Of a DNA stretch of 64,000 nucleotides, positions 58,803 to 64,000 are shown in pieces. This DNA is from a virus. Position numbers and translations under genes: made by a program. The notes beneath the pieces are model-generated. The model searched no databases, was not told the origin of the DNA, and saw only the letters and a list, made by a program, of their open reading frames with translations. Location of the stretch: IMG/VR virus record IMGVR_UViG_3300043409_001491, positions 32,001 to 96,000 of that record. One strand, written 5' to 3'. The number at the start of each line of letters is the position of its first letter. Positions within the stretch are counted from its first letter, which is position 1.

Positions 58803-59715
58803 TATCTATACACAAGAACAGATCAAGCGTGTTCTTGTAGGTGCAGGGGTAGATATTGAGGCAGAGTTTGGTAATGACTACATAATCTTTTGCCCATATC
58901 ACAACAACAACAGAACCCCTGCTGGAGAAGTTGCAAAGGATAGCGGACTATTCTTTTGTTTTGGATGCCAGACAACAAAGAACCTAGAAGAGTTTATTAT
59001 GCACATGTCTGGACGAACATATTTTGAAGCAGTTAGATATATTAAAAGCAAAGAAACAGAAAACGATATTGAAAAACTTGTCAACAAAACATTAGTTGCA
59101 CCACCAGAATTTGTTCCATATGATGAACTAATCTTAAAACGTTTATATAATCAATTGGTAGCATCAGATAAGGCAAAGAATTATCTTAGATATAGAAAAA
59201 TTGAAATGGCATCATGGTCAAAGTTTTCTTTAGGATATTCAGAAAAACAAGATTCCGTTACAGTACCAATGCATTCTCCAGATGGAATGTGTCTTGGTTT
59301 TGTTGCAAGAACTATTGAAGGAAAAGATTTTAAAAATACTCCAGGATTACCAAAGGGTAAGATATTATTTAATTTACACAGAGTTAAATCATCTGGTACA
59401 GTATATGTAGTTGAATCATCTTTTGATGCAATTCGGCTAGACCAAATAGGATTCCCAGCAGTTGCAACTCTTGGGGCTAATGTATCTAATTCACAAACTA
59501 GATTATTAGAAAAGTACTTCACAAATGTTGTACTAATTGCAGACAACGATGAGGCTGGTGGCATAATGAAAGATAAGTTAATTGAAAAACTTGGATCTTT
59601 GATTACTGTCATTAGACTTGATAAAAACTATAAAGACATAGGCGATATGGAAGATGCAGAAATAAAGAAACTTGAGTTTCAATTTGACAAATCTATATCA
59701 TCTATGCTAAACTAA
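58789..59715 (+). CDS. dnaG: DNA primase (CHC2 Zn finger plus TOPRIM)
   Basis: CPYH...FCFGC; VVESSFD; ADNDEAG. Confidence 0.92.
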   Translation: MKTSNIYTQEQIKRVLVGAGVDIEAEFGNDYIIFCPYHNNNRTPAGEVAKDSGLFFCFGCQTTKNLEEFIMHMSGRTYFEAVRYIKSKETENDIEKLVNKTLVAPPEFVPYDELILKRLYNQLVASDKAKNYLRYRKIEMASWSKFSLGYSEKQDSVTVPMHSPDGMCLGFVARTIEGKDFKNTPGLPKGKILFNLHRVKSSGTVYVVESSFDAIRLDQIGFPAVATLGANVSNSQTRLLEKYFTNVVLIADNDEAGGIMKDKLIEKLGSLITVIRLDKNYKDIGDMEDAEIKKLEFQFDKSISSMLN

Positions 59716-59741
59716 TATAAACAACACGAAGGAGATAAAAT

Positions 59742-60398
59742 ATGAGCATTGTAAAGGGATTAAAGAATATAGAAACCCTGCTCGAAAAGCCAAAGTATGA
59801 AAACGATGGACCAAAAGTAAAGTGGTTAAAACTTGCAGACGGTCAATCAGTAAAGATCCGATTTGTTGAGGAGTTAGATGAAGACTCAGCAAACTATAGC
59901 GAAAAACGTGGCTTGGCCCTAGTCGTCAAGGAACACACAAATCCAAAAGACTATAAGCGCAAGGCTGTAGACACAATGGAATCAGAAGGTCGTGACTGGG
60001 CAGAAGAAATGCACCGCAAAGACATGAAGGCTGGCTGGAGGGCCCGTCTACGTTTCTATTGCAACGTACTTGTTGATGATGGAATTGAGGCACCATATGT
60101 TGCAATTTGGAATATGGGAATTAGCAAGCAATCATCATTTAATACTATTCGTGAGTATGCCCTTGAAACAGGAAGCATCTCAAATGTATTGTGGAAGTTA
60201 AAGCGTAATGGTCAGGGTACTGAAACAAATTACACATTAATTCCTTCAGCACCAGACAAAGAGCCATTCAACTGGGGAACAGTTGAACCATATCCATTGG
60301 AGTCAGCACTAAAGAAGATTCCATATGCGGAACAAGAAGCGTTCTACTTGGGCTTTGATGGCCCTTCTACCACCTCAGCAACCAACGCTGATTGGTAG
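59742..60398 (+). CDS. Single-stranded DNA-binding protein (gp32-like)
   Basis: WLKL.DG..VKIRF, KRNGQGTETNY, short acidic/aromatic tail; position. Confidence 0.65.
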   Translation: MSIVKGLKNIETLLEKPKYENDGPKVKWLKLADGQSVKIRFVEELDEDSANYSEKRGLALVVKEHTNPKDYKRKAVDTMESEGRDWAEEMHRKDMKAGWRARLRFYCNVLVDDGIEAPYVAIWNMGISKQSSFNTIREYALETGSISNVLWKLKRNGQGTETNYTLIPSAPDKEPFNWGTVEPYPLESALKKIPYAEQEAFYLGFDGPSTTSATNADW

Positions 60399-60399
60399 T

Positions 60400-63300
60400 A
60401 TGAATTACGTAGGCTTACATGTCCATACCCATTTTAGTTTGTTTGATGGGATTGCTACTCCAGAAGAATATATAGACCGAGCAGTTGAACTTGGTATGCC
60501 AGCATTGGCTATTACAGATCACGGGACACTATCTGGGCATCGGGAACTGTACCGAGTTGCAAAAGCAAAGGGCATTAAGCCAATTCTAGGTCTAGAAGGA
60601 TACATGTGTGCAGACATCTCTGATACAAGAGATAAGTCTGAAAGAGAAGGTCAACAAGATCTTGTCTATAACCACATTATCCTTCTAGCCAAGAATAAAA
60701 TAGGTCTAGAAAACCTTAACAAGATTAGCGAACTATCTTGGACAGATGGATTCTTTAAGAAACCAAGATTTGACTTTGCTATATTGGAAAAGTATAAAGA
60801 AGGAATTATTGTTTCTTCTGCATGTCCAAGCAGCGTTCTTGTAAAAGCGTTAGAAGAAGAAGAGTTTGCTCTTGCCAAAAAATATATTACTTGGTTTAAA
60901 GAACGCTTTGGCAGTGATTATTATATTGAGGTAATGCCACACACAGAAGCACACATTAATAAATATCTTATAGAACTTGCAGATGAGTTTGATATTAAAG
61001 TTATTGTTACTCCAGATTGTCACCATTCTGATCCATCACAAAAAGAAATTCAAGAGTTTAAACTTTTAATGAATACACACGCTAAAGTTGTTAAAGAAAC
61101 AACATTTGCAAAGGCATCAAAGCATTCTTCTATGATGGATAGACTTGATTACCTTTATGGTGAAGACCGCCAGATAACATTTAATAAGTTTGATATTCAC
61201 CTTCTTTCCTATGAAGAGATTAAAACAGCCATGGAATTGCAGGGTATTGATCGACCAGACATCTACTCAAACACTTTATTACTAGCAGACACAGTAGAAG
61301 ACTATGACATTCAAGAAGGCCTAAACCTTTTGCCAGTACAGTACAAGAGCCCTGACAAAGAACTTGCAAAGGTTGCACTGGAAGGTTTGGTAGAGAGAGG
61401 TTTGTCAGAAAATCAAGAATACCTTGACAGACTTCAGGAAGAGTTGCAGATTATTAAAGATAAAAAGTTTGCACCATACTTCCTTGTTGTAAGCAATATG
61501 ATTAACTGGGCAAAGAAAGAAGGCATTATGGTTGGGCCAGGTAGAGGCTCTTCTGCTGGATCTCTTGTTTGTTATGCTTTAAAGATTACAGATATTGATC
61601 CAATTAAGCATGGACTTTTGTTTTTCCGTTTTATTAATCCAGATCGTAATGACTTTCCCGATATTGACACTGATATTCAAGATACTCGCCGTGATGAAGT
61701 TAAAGATTATTTAGTTAGACAGTACAGACATGTTGCATCTATCGCCACGTTCTTACAATTTAAAGATAAAGGAGTTGTACGAGATGTTGCACGAGTTTTA
61801 GATATTCCGCTAACGGATGTTAACAAAGTTTTAAAGTTAGTAGATACTTGGGAAGATTTTTGTAGTTCTAAGTCAACAAGAGAGTTTAGGGAAAAATATC
61901 CAGAGGTGGAGGTTTATGGTGAACAGTTACGTGGTCGTATTCGTGGTACTGGTATACACGCTGCTGGTGTGGTCACTAGCAAAGATCCGATTTTTAGGTT
62001 TGCGCCGTTGGAGACGAGATCTTCTCCTGGGTCTGATGAACGTATACCTGTGGTTGGTGTCGACATGGAAGAGGCTGAACGCATCGGGCTTATAAAAATT
62101 GATGCACTAGGACTTAAGACTCTTAGTGTTATTCAAGATGCAGTTGCTATGATTAAAGAAAATCATTATAAAGATATCGAATTGTTATCTATTGATATGG
62201 CAGATCCAAAAGTTTATGAAATGCTTTCTGATGGTTACACAAAAGGTGTCTTTCAGTGTGAAGCAACTCCATACACAAACCTTTTAGTTAAAATGGGTGT
62301 AAAGAATTTTGATGAACTTGCTGCATCAAATGCATTAGTTCGTCCAGGTGCAATGAATACAATTGGTAAAGACTATATTGCTCGTAAACATGGAAAACAA
62401 AATGTTTCATATAGTCACCAGATTATGAAGCCATTTACTTCTGATACCTATGGATGTATTTTATATCAGGAACAAGTTATGCAGGCTTGCGTACACCTTG
62501 GTGGTATGTCAATGTCGGATGCAGATAAAGTTAGAAAGATTATTGGTAAAAAGAAAAATGCAAAAGAGTTTGATGCATACCAAGAACAGTTTGTTTCTGG
62601 TGCCTCTGCTTATATTGCACCAAATGATGCTCGTGATCTATGGCATGACTTTGAGGCTCACGCAGGGTATTCATTCAACAAGTCTCACGCAGTAGCATAT
62701 TCAACCCTATCATATTGGACAGCATGGCTAAAGTATTATTATCCACTTGAGTTTATGTTTGCCCTTTTAAAAAATGAAAAGGACAAGGATGCAAGAACAG
62801 AGTATTTAATTGAAGCAAAGAGAATGAACATTCCAATTAAACTGCCACACATTAATGATTCTGATTTAGATTTTAAGATTGAAGGCAAAGGCATTCGTTT
62901 TGGCTTGACTGGTATTAAGTTTATATCAACAAACATTGCAGAAAAATATATTGCTGCTCGTCCATTTACATCTTATAAACAACTTGAAGAGTTTACCTTT
63001 ACAAAAGGCAATGGTGTCAATAGCCGTGCATTAAATGCATTGCGTGTTATTGGTGGAGCAACATTCTCAGATCAACCACGAAATGATGCAGAGATTAAAG
63101 AAAACCTGTATGAGTTCTTAAATCTTCCAGAGTTTAACATTAGTATACCTTCCCACTATTATGCATTTATACAAGACGTTGATTCTTTTGAAGAGAAGGG
63201 GTCTTTTATTTTAATGGGAATGGTTAAGGCAATTAAAAGAGGAAAGGGTTGGTCACGAGTTGAAATTTTGGACAAGACTGGTAGTGTTGGTATATTTGAT

Positions 63301-63672
63301 GAAGAGTCTACGACTATTGAGACTGGTCGTACTTATCTTATTCTTGCAAATGATAATAGGATTGTTTCTGCAATACCTGTTGATGAAATAAAAGCATCTT
63401 CAAACGCTCTTGTTAGATTCTTAGGATATAAACAATTACCGTATAAAGATGATGAAATGTTTGTAGTTTCTTTTAAGCCTAGAATTACAAAGGCTGGCAA
63501 GAAGATGGCTTCATTAACCTTAGCAGATACCAGCAGAGACTTGCACTCTATCACTGTATTCCCAACGGCATTTCCAAAAGCATACATGAATATTGAAGAA
63601 GGTAAGGCATATAAGTTTAGTTTTGGTAAAACAAAAGATGGAACAATAACACTGGAGGATGTAAATGGTTAG
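60400..63672 (+). CDS. dnaE: DNA polymerase III alpha subunit
   Basis: LHVHTHFSLFDG PHP domain, GPGRGSSAGS, FPDIDTD, HAAGVV, KIDALGL, YSFNKSH. Confidence 0.97.
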   Translation: MNYVGLHVHTHFSLFDGIATPEEYIDRAVELGMPALAITDHGTLSGHRELYRVAKAKGIKPILGLEGYMCADISDTRDKSEREGQQDLVYNHIILLAKNKIGLENLNKISELSWTDGFFKKPRFDFAILEKYKEGIIVSSACPSSVLVKALEEEEFALAKKYITWFKERFGSDYYIEVMPHTEAHINKYLIELADEFDIKVIVTPDCHHSDPSQKEIQEFKLLMNTHAKVVKETTFAKASKHSSMMDRLDYLYGEDRQITFNKFDIHLLSYEEIKTAMELQGIDRPDIYSNTLLLADTVEDYDIQEGLNLLPVQYKSPDKELAKVALEGLVERGLSENQEYLDRLQEELQIIKDKKFAPYFLVVSNMINWAKKEGIMVGPGRGSSAGSLVCYALKITDIDPIKHGLLFFRFINPDRNDFPDIDTDIQDTRRDEVKDYLVRQYRHVASIATFLQFKDKGVVRDVARVLDIPLTDVNKVLKLVDTWEDFCSSKSTREFREKYPEVEVYGEQLRGRIRGTGIHAAGVVTSKDPIFRFAPLETRSSPGSDERIPVVGVDMEEAERIGLIKIDALGLKTLSVIQDAVAMIKENHYKDIELLSIDMADPKVYEMLSDGYTKGVFQCEATPYTNLLVKMGVKNFDELAASNALVRPGAMNTIGKDYIARKHGKQNVSYSHQIMKPFTSDTYGCILYQEQVMQACVHLGGMSMSDADKVRKIIGKKKNAKEFDAYQEQFVSGASAYIAPNDARDLWHDFEAHAGYSFNKSHAVAYSTLSYWTAWLKYYYPLEFMFALLKNEKDKDARTEYLIEAKRMNIPIKLPHINDSDLDFKIEGKGIRFGLTGIKFISTNIAEKYIAARPFTSYKQLEEFTFTKGNGVNSRALNALRVIGGATFSDQPRNDAEIKENLYEFLNLPEFNISIPSHYYAFIQDVDSFEEKGSFILMGMVKAIKRGKGWSRVEILDKTGSVGIFDEESTTIETGRTYLILANDNRIVSAIPVDEIKASSNALVRFLGYKQLPYKDDEMFVVSFKPRITKAGKKMASLTLADTSRDLHSITVFPTAFPKAYMNIEEGKAYKFSFGKTKDGTITLEDVNG

Positions 63673-64000
63673 CATGGAAGAAGCATTAGCACAACTTGAC
63701 CCAAAGTTAAGAAAAAAACTTGGTAACGGAGTTGGTATTAATTATGAGTACCAAGCAACACCTAGTTTTGGTTTAAACCGTGCACTAGGAGGAGGCCTTC
63801 CTTATGGTAGGCAAGTTCTTATCTGGGGCTCCAAGTCCTCTGCAAAGTCCTCTATGTGCCTTCAGATGATTGCTCTAGCACAAGCAGAAGGAAAACTATG
63901 TGCTTGGATTGATTCAGAAATGTCATACTCAGAAGACTGGGCTAGAACTCTTGGGGTAGATCCAGAAAAACTAATTTATTCACAAGCAAGAACTATTAGC
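63665..64000 (+). CDS. recA: RecA-like recombinase, partial
   Basis: Hand-translated TPSFGLNRALGGGLPYGRQVLIWGSKSSAKSS...CAWIDSE...LGVD. Confidence 0.9.
   Translation, partial: MVSMEEALAQLDPKLRKKLGNGVGINYEYQATPSFGLNRALGGGLPYGRQVLIWGSKSSAKSSMCLQMIALAQAEGKLCAWIDSEMSYSEDWARTLGVDPEKLIYSQARTIS

Noticed and set aside
17667-63587. Numerous antisense/overlapping ORFs within structural and replication genes
   Set aside because: Shadows of long, well-supported genes; no RBS or motifs
26416-63672. Inteins or introns in nrdJ, dnaB or dnaE
   Set aside because: Frames continuous, normal lengths, no splice-junction or homing-endonuclease motifs
1-64000. tRNA genes or an alternative genetic code
   Set aside because: No cloverleaf recognised; long genes are intact under the standard bacterial code with all three stops used

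Overview
A 64-kb piece of a large, AT-rich, lytic-looking siphovirus genome. The host is probably a freshwater actinobacterium (inferred from actinobacterial/actinophage-type small proteins, extended -10 leaderless promoters and a DnaE/DnaB/primase/RecA replication block). (1) 1-4.6 kb: a divergently transcribed early region of ~20 micro-ORFs in cassettes. The spacers repeat one grammar: terminator hairpin, CCCGAG, DnaA boxes, a CRP-type TGTGA-N6-TCACA site and a promoter, plus a candidate structured leader RNA. (2) 6-26 kb: accessory virion/appendage genes. These include a collagen-like protein and a (Pro-Thr)n protein followed by two 2OG-Fe(II) oxygenases, three fucosyltransferase-fold glycosyltransferases and a GDP-mannose 3,5-epimerase, a candidate self-contained virion-protein hydroxylation/glycosylation system. 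A lytic transglycosylase and mosaic tail fibres follow. (3) A class II RNR. (4) 28-56 kb: portal, protease/scaffold, HK97 capsid, neck, tail tube, two paralogous tail chaperones with no apparent frameshift, tape measure and tail tip. (5) 56-64 kb: HTH protein, helicase, primase, SSB, DnaE and the start of recA. No tRNA, CRISPR array, integrase, terminase, intein or reverse transcriptase was recognised. All calls are from manual reading; no database searches were run.
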